A stretch of DNA of 64,000 nucleotides from Lytechinus pictus (lineage: Eukaryota), in assembly GCF_037042905.1 (NCBI RefSeq), contig NC_087252.1, positions 15,192,001-15,256,000 on the forward strand, in the 5' to 3' direction. Below the pieces are notes generated by a model. It saw nothing but the letters and a program-made list of their open reading frames with translations, was not told the DNA's origin and did not search any database. Made by a program: the position numbers and the translations under genes. Shown here one piece after another: positions 22,185 to 34,712 of the stretch; the first letter of the stretch is position 1; each line of letters opens with the position of its first letter.

Positions 22185-22366
22185 TAGGGGTTCATTTCAG
22201 GGAACATTTGCCAAGAGTATCGTTTTGTTACCAATTCTTGTTAAGGGTAGGGTTTCACGCGCCAATACTTGTTAAGGGGCGCATTTTCAGAATATGGAAA
22301 TTACGTGTTTAGGGTGCTTTTCGAGACCCCATGGTCGCGCATGGTATCCACTCGTGAATGGAAGTG
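21819..22366. mobile_element. MITE with CCCG(G)n-CACT termini (truncated copy at 20886-21254)
   Basis: GAGTGGATACCATGCGCGAC ... GTCGCGCATGGTATCCACTC inverted arms. Confidence 0.7.
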
Positions 22367-24700
22367 GCTCGCGCTTCGCGCTCGCATTGCCTTTGTAATG
22401 ATTCCCATTCAAGAGAATTAAATGACATTTCATATATCCATGCAGTTCTGAAATCAATTTGCACACCATGTTTTAGCTCGCACCTCAAGCTTTCATTATT
22501 TTGTTTGATTTACACAAATTGTTATATAAAAGTTTCCAGCTCGCGCTGCGCACTCGCATTGTTTGATTTGTGAGATACCTATCCTCTTTGGAAATTCTTT
22601 CCAAAATTTGTCAAAATGCTCCTTTATCATGTCAATATACAAAAAATTAAGCTCGTGCTTCGCGCTCACATTTAATTGTTCGAGACACACAGCTTGTTTT
22701 TTTAAGGCGGTTTTCCACTAGGGCGCGGACAAGACCAGGAAGGGTTGCGGAAGCTACTTTTGTCATTTCGGCATGCTGTCCGCAACCAAATTCCGTAAAA
22801 GATTATGCAAATGATCTTGTCCTAGGACACGACCAGGACTGTCTGCGTATTGTCGTAGGACATTCCTGGAACTGTCCTGGGACAAGATTATCTAAATCAA
22901 TTTGTCGGCGTTCGGCGCGGACAGCATGCAGATCGTATTAGGACAGAACCGGAGACATTTAGGACAACGTCACGAGTGGTAAATTTAAGGACGAGGACAA
23001 TAAGAATAATTTTCGGACAAATTGCGAATACTCCAAGAAAATTATCGTTCATATATTTTTTTTAAATGAATTTAGAGGTGTTATTTGGGGTTTGGGGTGC
23101 GGTTTTTTTTAAAGAAACATTGATTTTCTTATTAAATCCGATTTAGGAGCAGGCGAGAATGAAGTAATTCGTCATGAAAGTACGCTATTAAAAAAAAAAA
23201 TCGACTACAAAGACGATGTAGGGTTTTCTTTTATTTCAAATCAAATTGCATACATTGGTGGAAATCCCTGGGGGACAGGGAGACGCTTCCCCTCACTTTT
23301 TGGAATTTGATATCAAATGCCCCCCCCCCCCACTTTTTGGAACGAGCAAACAAGAAAAAATGGAAAGAGAGGAAAAAGAAGAGAAAAGAGAATAGAAAAT
23401 GAAGAGGGAAAATAAGAGGAGTAAGACGAGTGAATAAAATAAGATGAGGGGGGGGGGATTTCATGTCACTATTTTAAATTTTCGCTCGCTTTGTGCTCAC
23501 ATTGCCTAATCTATGATATACATAACTTGCTCAATAGGCTTATATTGAGCTTAAAATATCAAGTTTTGAAGTAAATATATGAAATATTTCTCGGACACTG
23601 AGTTTTCAATTTGTTTGATTTACAAATATATTTTATAGTTTTCTGTAAAATGACTATATTTTTGGGTCTAATTATCGACATTTTCCGCTCGCGCTGCGCA
23701 CTAGCATTATTTAATTCGTCAAGCAACTATTCTCTTCGTGTATTCCATATTTTTTTGAAAAATATCCCTTTTTAGGCTTATCTGATTCTGAATAGTATCA
23801 GCTAAAGCTGCGCACTTGCATTTTCATTGGGGAGTAATGTATACCTATATCAATTGTAACAAATTATTTTAAATTCCTCTTTCTTGACAGTTTATCAAAA
23901 TTTTCGGCTTGCAATTTGCGCTCGCATTATTTTTAAAGTATTCTTTAAAGTATATCAACCCATGCATCCTTTTCATGATTACAAAATATCCAGTTTTTTT
24001 ACCTTGATATTAATTTCGCGACCTCATTGGGCTTATTAGATTAATAAGTAAGATAATAATATTTTCATTATTTCCTAATAATCATTGTCCGGTTTTTTTT
24101 TCAGAACGGAATATCGACAAGTTTCATCTCTCGACAAAAACAAAAATGTCCTTAAAATTTCCCGGTCGCAACTGGAAATATATGTATTGATAAAAATATC
24201 AACTTGCGCTTTGACTCGCATCATTTATTATAAGCAGGATCCATATCCAATTCGTAATTGCGCTTAAATTAACTTTTTTTTTTGGGATCGGAAAATCAAA
24301 TATCTTTAGCTCGCGGATCGCGCTCTTATTATTGATATTATGATAAAGAATGTAATTAGAATGTCCAGATTCTAGGTTTGAATCTAAACACACGCACGCA
24401 TATTTATTTAGATACGAATCTTGTTCCAGTTTCAGATCAGATTATCAAATTATTAATGTAGGAATGTTATCAATTTATCCACTTATCCATCCTTTTCATG
24501 ATTTACAAAACGTGAGATGTCGAATTTCGTTTCGGCTCACGCTTCGCGATCACATCAAGTGTATAGTCATACCCCTATCCTGTTCGTGATTTTAAAAGGT
24601 GCTTAGAATGCCCTGTATATAGCTGGGAATGTAAGAAATATTCAGCTCGCGCTTTGCGCATGTTTATTTGATTGTTGAAATATATGTAGGCTAAAAACAA
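22366..24700. repeat. degenerate GCTCGCGCTTCGCGCTCGC-type tandem repeats interrupted by other element fragments
   Basis: Same core motif as in 3269-4777; Harbinger-like start TAAGGCGGTTTTCCACTA near 22703. Confidence 0.5.
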
Positions 24701-25156
24701 TTGTGTTTGTCGGTGTAATAGTATTCACTTTTTGAAAGCAGATTTTGTGCATTTTATACATGACAATAAATTATCTCGGATCTAAGGTAACTTTAAAAAG
24801 ACTGCATATGTTAATAGCAAAGTCGAGGCTCCCTTTATAACATTACTTTCTAATAGTTTTTTCCACAAATTAATACATATATTACAGAAGAGGAAGAAAA
24901 CAGGAAGTTAGGATGCAAATTGCATTCGACAGGCACATGCAGACCAAGGGGCGAGGTGGTCTTGCTTACCCCTTTAAAAAAAGTACAAACAGAAGAAATA
25001 TATGTAAAATGGAAAGGGAAACTTAAAAAATGATATGGTGGAAAAGAAAAACAAAGGGGGAATGTCGTGCTAATACGGCCCTCCTCTCCCTGCTGCTGGC
25101 TTATCCCTCCCAGTATTAAAGAGATATACAAACAGCACAAAAGAAATAGGAATTAC

Positions 25157-25262
25157 AGGGGCCGCGGAACCGGGGGGGGGGGCTGGGGGCTTCAGCCCCC
25201 CAGCCCCCCACTTTTGGCTCAGCCCCCCCCCCCCCACTTTGAAAACCGTTCCGCGGCCCCTG
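25157..25262. mobile_element. tiny hAT-like MITE
   Basis: CAGGGGCCGCGGAAC ... GTTCCGCGGCCCCTG inverted termini; no TSD seen. Confidence 0.6.
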
Positions 25263-25819
25263 GATAAACAAAGGAGATGAATGAAATGAGGTGAAATAGA
25301 ATCAAGTAGGAAAAAAAATCGCGATAATGAACAGAAAATAATTGGCCAAGATTGTGAATGTGTAAGATTAGAAATATCAGTTTTAATTTTTGGACGAACT
25401 TGTGAATCCAGTGTCTAATCGCCTTTGCCTCCTCTTGTACCAATTAAAATATAGACTAAAAAAGAAAATGTAAATGGGCAATTCCAGGAGGCCGAATGCG
25501 ATCTCTACGCCCTATTGGCTGCGTAAAAAGGAAAAATGGAATAAATGCAAAGAAGAGTGGAAAAGAAGAAAAAGAGTGAATAAATTTACAGACGGGAAGA
25601 TATCAGTGTTTCAGCTAGGTCAATTTGTTAAAATTATTGGTTCATTTCGCTCTTCATGCTTTTAATACTTTAATTAAGAAGATTGTGCACGCTATTCATT
25701 TTTACGAAAAATACTTAGGTCTTTTCGTCCTTGATGTTTGAAAGAAGTTCGCGCTCATATTTTAAGTTTATGAGAAACATGTTCTGTGCACGACTTTTTC
25801 AGGAAGGCCTTTTTTTTAA

Positions 25820-26172
25820 GAGTCGTGGCGTATAGTGGTTCTGACTCCCGCCTTGTAAACGGAGAGTCGTGTGTTCGATTCTCATCGCGGTCTATATACC
25901 GTCCTTTGGTAAGACGTATTGCCGGCACACCTTGCCACTCTCGACCCAGGTGCCAAATGGGTACCCGGTTGGATGCGAAGGTTATTGTATGCTTGAATTT
26001 GCAAGCGCCATTTCGAGGCTGCGATGAATGCAAGGAATGCTTCCCAAGATGTGGAAATTGTGCACTTTTCATGCGGGATTGAAATGAATCATGGGACAAT
26101 AATATGCTGTAAATCGTTTTGAGCCGTTCTGAGAAAAGCGATATTTATAAACATGCTATCATTTATTATTAT
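25820..26172 (+). mobile_element. tRNA-derived SINE
   Basis: TGGCGTATAGTGG and GTTCGATTC boxes, CTCGACCCAGGTG...AATGGGTACC core, (TAT)n tail. Confidence 0.7.
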
Positions 26173-28397
26173 TTCTTATTAATAAAATATCATTCAAGAT
26201 CAAACAAAGTGCTTAAAATGCATTAGGAATATAAACTTGAATTTCTGTTTTTTCTTATATTCCTTTTTCACATTTTTTTCTCTTTTTTTATTTCATCTTT
26301 CTTTCCTCGTCTCATGCCGGTCTCACGTTCATGCCGGTCATTAACTTCAATAGATTACGTAATCACTATTAAATCTTAATCCCTCCTTTCAAGAATTTGG
26401 GGTATTAATCTTACACGGTATCCCTATAGTCTCAAAGGCATTCACAGGTGGTTCTTTATCAATGAACTGAAGGAATTCTGAAGTGACATTTTTAAACATA
26501 ATTAAATCGAATTACATGTGTTGTGCAAGCACGTCATATTTCAAAATTTCCAATTGTTGAAAATAAGCGTATCTTTAAATGTCATAACTTTCTTATTTTA
26601 TATTCGATTTTGATAAATTTTCAGTATACTGCATTCGAGCAAGACAGTATCTAATTACCAGTTTATTAATAAGGTGATGTTGTAACTGTAGGTATGTCGT
26701 GTATGCATTTTTCGTTACAGCATAATCGTAGATGATAATAAATATTGGCAATTAAACACATTATTTAACGTAAATTACTAAAGAATTTTTAATGCATACA
26801 ACAAGACCCCCCCCCCCCAAAAAAAAAAAGAAGCAAGGAATGTCCGTTTATAGGTCTAAATTTATGTACAAAACGTACTTAAAATATGAAGTTTCCGATC
26901 GCAATAGGCCCTATAACATATTTTAAATCGCGCTTCGCACTCGAATCAGTAATATTGTTTAGTCAGATATAACATTCCTGTTCACCATTTCAAAAAACGC
27001 TAAGAAAGTCATGTCTTTTCATAAACCGGTCAACTTATTCAATTTTTAACTAGGTCTAAATTCATAAAACATTTATTTAAAAAAAAAATCATTTTTGATA
27101 AAAATTAAGATATAGAACGAATCATATAGGACTAATACTTATCCGTATTTATAATCAGAACGAGACATCCACATTACAACCCACCAATTAAAGTTTAATC
27201 CAATTTATGCTTAAAACGAGATATTATATCATAGGCGTCATTGCATGCCGATGTTCTGTTACAATTGCAGTTCTCCATGCTCTCTTGATAGTCTTCTGGA
27301 TGTATAAGTAGGAAGATAATTTTTGAAAAGAAGTAAATTATATGCCAATAATGCAATATATCATTCACAAAACTTTGTATTGCACTCCCTTACTTCATAT
27401 TCCTATTTTTCTTCATTCTCCTCCTCCGTCTTCTCCTTTTATCCTATTTTCCCCCTTCTGTAATTCCTCTTCTATTTCTCTTCATCAAGTTCACTCTTTC
27501 TATAATTTTTGAAAAGAAGTAAATTATATGCCAATAATTATAAATAGAACAAGTCATATATGAGATAATTTATAATCAGAACGAGACATTCACATAACAA
27601 GACATAGGAATGAAATTAATTTGTTTAAACAAGGATTGTGATATTGGCCCTATGATGTGTCTCGTTGCAATTACCAACAGGAGTGAGTGAAATTAATTGT
27701 CGAATTGTAACCAATGTTTTGAAATTGATTGGTCATTTTAATATAACCAAAACGTATATCGTTCTTATTATCCCCTTACTTAACTATTTTGTTGTTCTCT
27801 GTTGCTCGTGTATTACTTATCACTGAGTTGTACATGATTGTAATTGTTTTGCGAAATATAAGCGAAAAACTTCCAAATGTCATAACTTTCTTATTTTACA
27901 TACGTTTTTTGATGAAATTGGCTTGTTTCTTATTTCTCTGATGATTTAAATCAATAACTTTTTGGGTAGACTTGACCTTTAAGCTGCATATTCGTACATA
28001 TTATTATATTAGCCTTCTTTTATGTTGACTGAAAAATCTATAATAATCCAAATAGTTTATTTATATTTTGTTTACTGAAATCAACTTAATTAAATAAAAT
28101 CAATCCTAAAAAGGATTAAGATTAATTGGTCAAATTGTAATCATATGGGCTTAGGGAATTGATATATGTCTCGTTATAATTATAAAGAGAGCAGCCAATT
28201 TTTAACGATTCACTGATGAAAGTAGCCTTTTCTATCTTTTCTCTCAAGAAAAATACAGATTAAAAGTGACGATGTCAATTATCTGAAAAAAAGGTAATTA
28301 GGGTCTGTGATGCTTCGTTCTAAAAGTACACTTAGTATCATGTACTTCTTCATGTGTTTTCCATGTTCCAGAGTATCAAAAACTCCTTGATGTTCTT

Positions 28398-29183
28398 ATC
28401 CAAGTATCTATGTATCTAAGTTTTCATGTAGGCATGTGCCCGTAGCCGCGTATCCAAGTATCCATGTAACCAAAGGTATCTAAGATCCCCGTATCCACGT
28501 ATCCGCGTATCCGCGTATCCACGTATCCAAGTATCCAAGTCTCCAATAGTATCCAAGTATCCACGTATCCACGTATCCGCGTATCCACGTATCCACGTAT
28601 CCAAGTATCCAAGCTAGTATCCAATAGTATCAAAGTATCCACGTATCCACGTATCCGCGTATCCACGTATCCACGTATCCAAGTATCCAAGTATCCAATA
28701 GTATCCAAGTATCCACGTATCCACGTATCCGCGTATCCACGTATCCAAGTATCCGCGTATCCAACAGTATCCAAGTATCCACGTATCCACGTATCCGCGT
28801 ATCCACGTATCCACGTATCCACGTATCCAAGTATCCAAGTATCCAAGTCTCCAATAGTATCCAAGTATCCACGTATCCGCGTATCCGCGTATCCACGTAT
28901 CCACGTATCCAAGTATCCAAGTATCCAATAGTATCCGCGTATCCACGTATCCACGTATCCGCGTATCCACGTATCCACGTATCCAAGTATCCAAGTATCC
29001 AACAGTATCCAAGTATCCACGTATCCACGTATCCAAGTATCCAATAGTATCCAAGTATCCACGTATCCGCGTATCCACGTATCCAAGTATCCAAGTATCC
29101 AATAGTATCCAAGTATCCACGTATCCATGTATTCATATCCATACATGTTTTAATATAATAGTATCCAAGTATTCTGTATCCAT
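28398..29183 (-). repeat. GTATCC(A/G)(C/A) 8-mer minisatellite, about 90 units, with 10-mer GTATCCAATA variants
   Basis: Directly visible; reverse complement of the 19919-20150 array. Confidence 0.95.
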
Positions 29184-29589
29184 ATATAGATATCAACGTA
29201 TATCATTCCTTAAACAACATCATCAACATAATTATATACCATTGCACGTGTCCTCGATCACGCGCCCCCTCTTTGATCCCTTCATATATATCATCCCTTT
29301 TTAAGTCCTCTGATTATTATATCACCTGCCATTACTTCACTCTCTCCTACTACATCCACCACATTGGACAAGTCGTGTACTCCCTCTACGGGGCCATCCC
29401 CCCTCCCCCATCTCCCCCTCCCCCCATCCTTTATCCATCTCCCGATCCGATTCCTGCTTGTCGCCGGGGACTCTTAATTCACTCACGAACGTAGAGGGCG
29501 ACAAAACTGATATCGCACCACACCGGCAGCAGCAATTAGTAGGTACTGTAATTGCTCTTTTGTAATCGATTCATGACATTGGATTCTAA

Positions 29590-30105
29590 AGGTACTCCGA
29601 AGTTTACCCTGACAAAAGAGAAAGTTTATTGTTAAAATAGCAGAAAAATAGTAAAAAATATAGCTGAAGGTTTGAGAAAAATTCATCAAAGAATAAGAAA
29701 GTTATTAAAATTTTAATTATTTGATTTGTGACGTGATATGCGACTGCGAGCAGCATTCCTACATACCGGTAGCGAACGGTAAAAAATCAAGGAAATTTCA
29801 ATTTCTCAGAAAATAGAAAATGTTTTTTTTTTGGTGAACCTTTTAGTTTTGACTATACACAAATCATTTCACACCTGATCATGAAAAGAAAACAAAAATG
29901 AGTCATCTGTAACCATTAAAATTGAAATTCATGCATTTTATATTACAACATGGGGCAGCAGCTTGTAATTGTATTTGATGTCACAAATCCAAAACTCAAA
30001 ATTCTGATAACTTTCTTAATCTTAAACAGATTTTCCTCATACCTGTGTCAATATTTTTTTCCTCCTATTTTTACAATAAAATTTTCTTCAGGGTGAACTT
30101 CCACT
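29590..30105. mobile_element. Kolobok-like MITE
   Basis: GAAGTTTACCCTGA...AAAGTTTATTGT and ACAATAAAATTT...TCAGGGTGAACTTCCACT|TTAA inverted arms. Confidence 0.65.
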
Positions 30106-30609
30106 TTAAGACAGTTTGACTTGACTTGAGTTTGAGTTTGACTGAGTGAAGTTGTTGACTGAGTCAAGAGTACAAAAGAGAGTGAGATCAAGAGTGATTC
30201 CTATCATATCAAACCACTTTTTTCCGGGTATCCACTGGATCCCGCCGTTCTCCAGGACTAGAGAAAATCAGCAGAAGAAGAAGTGAGACTGAACTTCCAG
30301 CACACCTGAAATTGAACCTGATAATTGTGAATTAAAAAAAAAAGTTCCACATAGTCATAGCCAGGCCTAACTTCCAGTTCATATTGTTCCTCTATTGTGA
30401 AGAATAGCTCCAACATTAAATGTGCTAGATCTCTTTAAAATTTGGGAGACCTCAAACTGTTTCATTTTATTAAAGCATTTCAATTTATTTTTGGTTTTCA
30501 GTCATGGATTGAATGATAACTAGAAGTTAACTTTCATCAAATTTGTGACATTTTCCATCAAACTAAATCTTGTCAAATTGTAAAAAATTTACCCCCATTT
30601 CGGCTAGGG

Positions 30610-32640
30610 CATTTTTCTTGCCTGCATAGGGATAGCAGAGTGAAAGTATAGGCGCTGCTTTCCGACGGCAGTGGCGTGTTGCCGACATTGAAATCTTAAC
30701 TGAGGTTGAGTTTTTGAAATATCATATGTAATAAATTGCAAGTTATTGTATAGACCCAGTTCATGAAACTTGGACATCACATTTAAGGTAATGAAGTATT
30801 ACTGATCATCAAGCATGAGCTTCAGGTCAATGAACTTTGCCCATGTTTCCGTGTCAAGATTGAAATCTTATAACCAAGGTAAAATTTTTGAAATGTGATC
30901 ATAACTTTATATTAAAGAATTATATACATGTAGACCTTGTACATGTCAACTATAACTGATCATCTTCCATGAGTTTCAGGTTACATGATCAAGGTTAAGG
31001 TCAATTAGCGTCAATAACTTTGATCATGTTTCTTATTAAAAAAAGAATGTTGAATTTTTGAACATCTTCGTTACTTTTTACAAGGACCTATTTTATGAAA
31101 CTTGGAGATAAAGGAGTAATCAATAATGGAGTGATCAAGTATCACTGATCATCTTACTCTCTCTCTTGTTTCAGTTCCTCCGCTGTTCGGAGATTGGCAG
31201 GTATCACTGCAAAAGTTGAGTTAATGAGTCTGGTAAATGTCAAGTCCAGGGGGATTGAAAGACAGGCAGGTTACTGAGAGTTGACAGGTTTAAGGGACAA
31301 GAAAAGGACATGCAGCTTAAAGATGAAGTGCAGTGTAGCTTTTAGGATCAAGGAATTTAGCGGGTGAGGGAGGGAAGCATCATAGGGTAGTAGGATGGCT
31401 ACTGTGAGTTGGCAGGGATTGCTGGTATTGAAGGAGGTTGTTGAGGAAGGGAAATCCTTTAGGAGATTCCTTATATTGTCCAAGAGAGTGTTGCGTAGGT
31501 GGAGGGTACGTGGGCATTTGGCAAGGATATGCTCTGTAGTGTCCTCTTCAAGTTTACACAGGGCACAAGTTGGGTCTGTTTTCTTCCCAATTTTGCAGAG
31601 CCTGGACTGGGTAAGGTATGTTGATGTAAGGAGTTGTGCTCTCACAGTCAAGGCTTGTCTGATAATGGAAGAGGGAGGGTCCTTGGGGTAAAGCTCCAAA
31701 GGATCAGTGAAGGGCCTCAGTGTCCAGCAGACAAGAGAAGGCTTGGAAGCGGCTCCCTGTAACATCTGAGTTTGGACATGATCGTTGATGGCCTTATTGA
31801 TGGTGGGCTTCCAAGCTCGATATGGGATGGGGTTGACAAGCAGGTCTTCAAGTGGTGGTATCCCATATTTCTGTAGAATACACCTGAGGGTCTTGATTGT
31901 TTGGGTGTTGGCATGCAGTGCTAGAAGGAAGGTTCCATACTCAAACCTGGTCTGATCTAGGTTAAGAAGTTGTCCTAAGAGCAGAAGCTTTTCATAATCT
32001 ATTCTAGCACTGATGGGAAGAAGACCAGTTAACAAGAAGACACATTCGTTAGCCGCAGTATTGGGAATCCCAAGGACTCTCTTGAAAAGATGGTTCTGAG
32101 CCTTGTCCAGCTTATACTCCATAGCTTTGGTGAAGTGAAGAATTGCTGTACCGTACATCATTCTTGGGATGCAGTACACGTTCCAAAGGTGAGAAGACAG
32201 TGTTGGAACCAATCCCAGAGTATGAGCACCCGTGCCATGGAGGGCATAAAATGTCTTAAGACCTCTCGAGATGATCTGGTCGGTGGGGTCTAGGCGAAAA
32301 CCAGACTTGGGGATGCCCAGATGGTCGTGGCAATCCTTACGGGAAATTGGGGAGTCGCCCATCTTCCAGACAGTCTGTGTGTCATTCTTCTTCGGGTGCA
32401 TGACCACCACAGCGCTTTTAGTTGGGTTGATCTTGTACCTCCAGCACTGTGAATAGGCTAATGTGGTGTCTAGCATCACCTGAAGCTCTGTTGCAGAGTT
32501 ACTCAGAAGTGCCACATCATCGGCAAGAACAAGGACTCCGGCATACCGGCCATTGATATGGCAGCCAAGATTCTTGTACATGGACATGGACATGAGTCAG
32601 GTCAATATCAAAGGTCACTTAGGGTAAATGAACTTTGAAG
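30610..32640 (+). repeat. AAGGTCA/GAAACTTGGACAT tandem-repeat element (possibly Helentron-associated), interrupted by a LINE
   Basis: Repeated GAAACTTGG, ACTGATCATC..CATGAG..TCAGGT, AAGGTCA and TGAACTTTG motifs on both sides of the LINE. Confidence 0.5.
31157..32593 (-). mobile_element. 5'-truncated non-LTR retrotransposon; RT C-terminal half plus CCHC finger (ORF 31271-32593), short 3' UTR, (GA)n tail
   Basis: LVLADDVALL (YADD-type), INPTKS, HLGI, CALCKLEEDTTEHILAKC; composition contrasts with the flanks; clade not determined. Confidence 0.9.
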
Positions 32641-33123
32641 TTGCGTTTTCTATGAAATACTGCAAATCTTATGTTCTTCCTGAATTCCATGATTTCTTTT
32701 TCTGTTTTCCGTATGACAGGAAACTACATGTAGGGACTATAATAATGGTTTGAATTTTCAGCCTATAGTGCATTACAAGTATGATTTGGGATGGTGTGTT
32801 CATCTCTCTCGATTGAATTTTGACAGATATTTAAAGGGTGCTCAGTGAGCAAAACACTTGAAATTTCTTCATAATGTGATAAGAAATAATGAACTTTAAG
32901 CAATTTTGCAATACTATTTTGTTAACAATGTGCATGCCATATCTACATCTACATGTACGTGTATGCAATAGGTGTTTAGCATCTGACGATATCACATCCC
33001 ACTTTCCTTTTCTTAATTCATAACTTGAAATAAAAATTAAATACATACATGTAAATGTTACGTGTATATATATGTGTTAATTAAAAACATGTTTCCTTTG
33101 TACTGTAATAATTAGTTTCAGCA

Positions 33124-33743
33124 ATAGTATACAAATATACAATGACACTCGAGGATCTGGCTAAAACTATTTGCATCGAAGGAACATCATATAGTACTAT
33201 TCTCCCGAGGGCCATCGGCCCGAGGGAGAATAGTACTATGTGATGTTCCTGAGTGCAAATAGTTTTAGCCAGTTCAGAGAATGGGTCATTGTATATTTGT
33301 TTTATATCCCTTCCACTCATATGTATTCTTCATACGATATTCTTCGTTGATACCCGACTTTTACAGCAAAACGATTTTAATAAAACTTGTCGATGATGGA
33401 ACAATCGTTTAGAAGTTGAGAAAACAATAAGCCGTGCCGTATTGATCGTCTGTTCAGCAAGCGCACCTGGTTAGTGCAGCTCGCCGAAAGTTTCCCGTGG
33501 CATGCAGTAGAGAGTACCGTTGGGCTGAGCAGCGCTCTGCTCGCATCGCGCTGCACAGCTCGCGAATCGAGTAGGGGGCGGGTCAAAAAACGTATAGTTC
33601 ACTTTTTCCCTAGGGAAAAAATGGACTATGCGTGACGTCAGCAAGGAAAATGAAATATTTCATGGCAAACGTTTTTCGTAGTAAAACTATTCTTTTTCTC
33701 CTTGTGTACACTCTCAATACAACAATCTTAAGTAAGGGATATA
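33124..33743. mobile_element. non-autonomous element with a 170-bp palindromic end and an internal TATATCCCTT...AAGGGATATA inverted pair
   Basis: Palindrome 33131-33300 centred on GGGCC-ATC-GGCCC. Confidence 0.55.
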
Positions 33744-34182
33744 ATCTGTTATATTCTTGGAGGCTAATATTTTTAAATTTCAATGTTTTGTTTGTCAGAT
33801 TCTACTCTGTCACCTAATTTTCACTCTAAAGTTTAAAGTCTGGTATTGTTTGACGTCACCAACTGAAAGACGTGACCAGGGTTTTAATACCAAACGCATC
33901 TACATGAATCCGTTTCTTCCCTCATACATGTACATGATAGTACATGTACACTGTAGCTTGGATTACAGGTGCATAGCACTTCCACAACACCAGGGTCCCA
34001 TAACTCAAACGTTAGCAAATAGTTGTACGCTTGATTTTCATAATTGATTGTACATTGTAGTCAATGCAATCAATCATAGAAAAAGTTCTATGATCATTGT
34101 TACATGGGCCCCATAGCAGTTTAGAAATTTGCTAAATTCAAGACCCACTGTATATATATGTAGATCTACATGTAAATTGTGC

Positions 34183-34712
34183 CCTGTGTTGGGGGGGGGG
34201 GCACTCAGTATATAATGCATAGTGGGTATGTGCCGCGGAGGGGACCCCCATTTTTACACTCAAATTTCCGTTCCAGGGCATAGCATTTTCATCTTATTAA
34301 GAAAAAGAACTAAGAAAGCCGCTCCGAAGCATAGCATTTTCTTCTTATCGAGAGAAAAGAAGAAAGAAATCCGCTCCAAAGCTTCGCATATTTTTCGTTA
34401 CGCCGTTCCGGTCGCATTGATCCGCCACAATGAGCTGCAATTTTGGTGAAAAGCGGCCGCTGAGCGCTGTCCGACCATCGCCTCTGTGCGAGCGCACCCG
34501 GCGCCCGTGCCGCTGGGCTAGCTGCATACACGTACACGCAAGCGACCCGTTCCAAGGACCCCCGTTTTCACAAACATTTGTTGTTCCGAAGCCCGTTCCG
34601 AGGACCCTCCTTTTTACAATAAGCCCGCTCCAAGGCCCCCGTTTTTGTCTCGCCCGCGGCACATACCCACTACTTTTTTGGTCGAGTGCCCCCCCCCCCC
34701 CCCCCCCCCGGG
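34183..34712. mobile_element. MITE with (G)n-CACTC ... GAGTG-(C)n-GGG termini
   Basis: Inverted termini; 7-8 bp TSD ATTGTGC(C). Confidence 0.7.

Noticed and set aside
28416..29196. Repeat-protein ORFs (DTWIRGYV)n, also 19925-20376
   Set aside because: Arise in all frames from an 8-bp minisatellite; no evidence of coding
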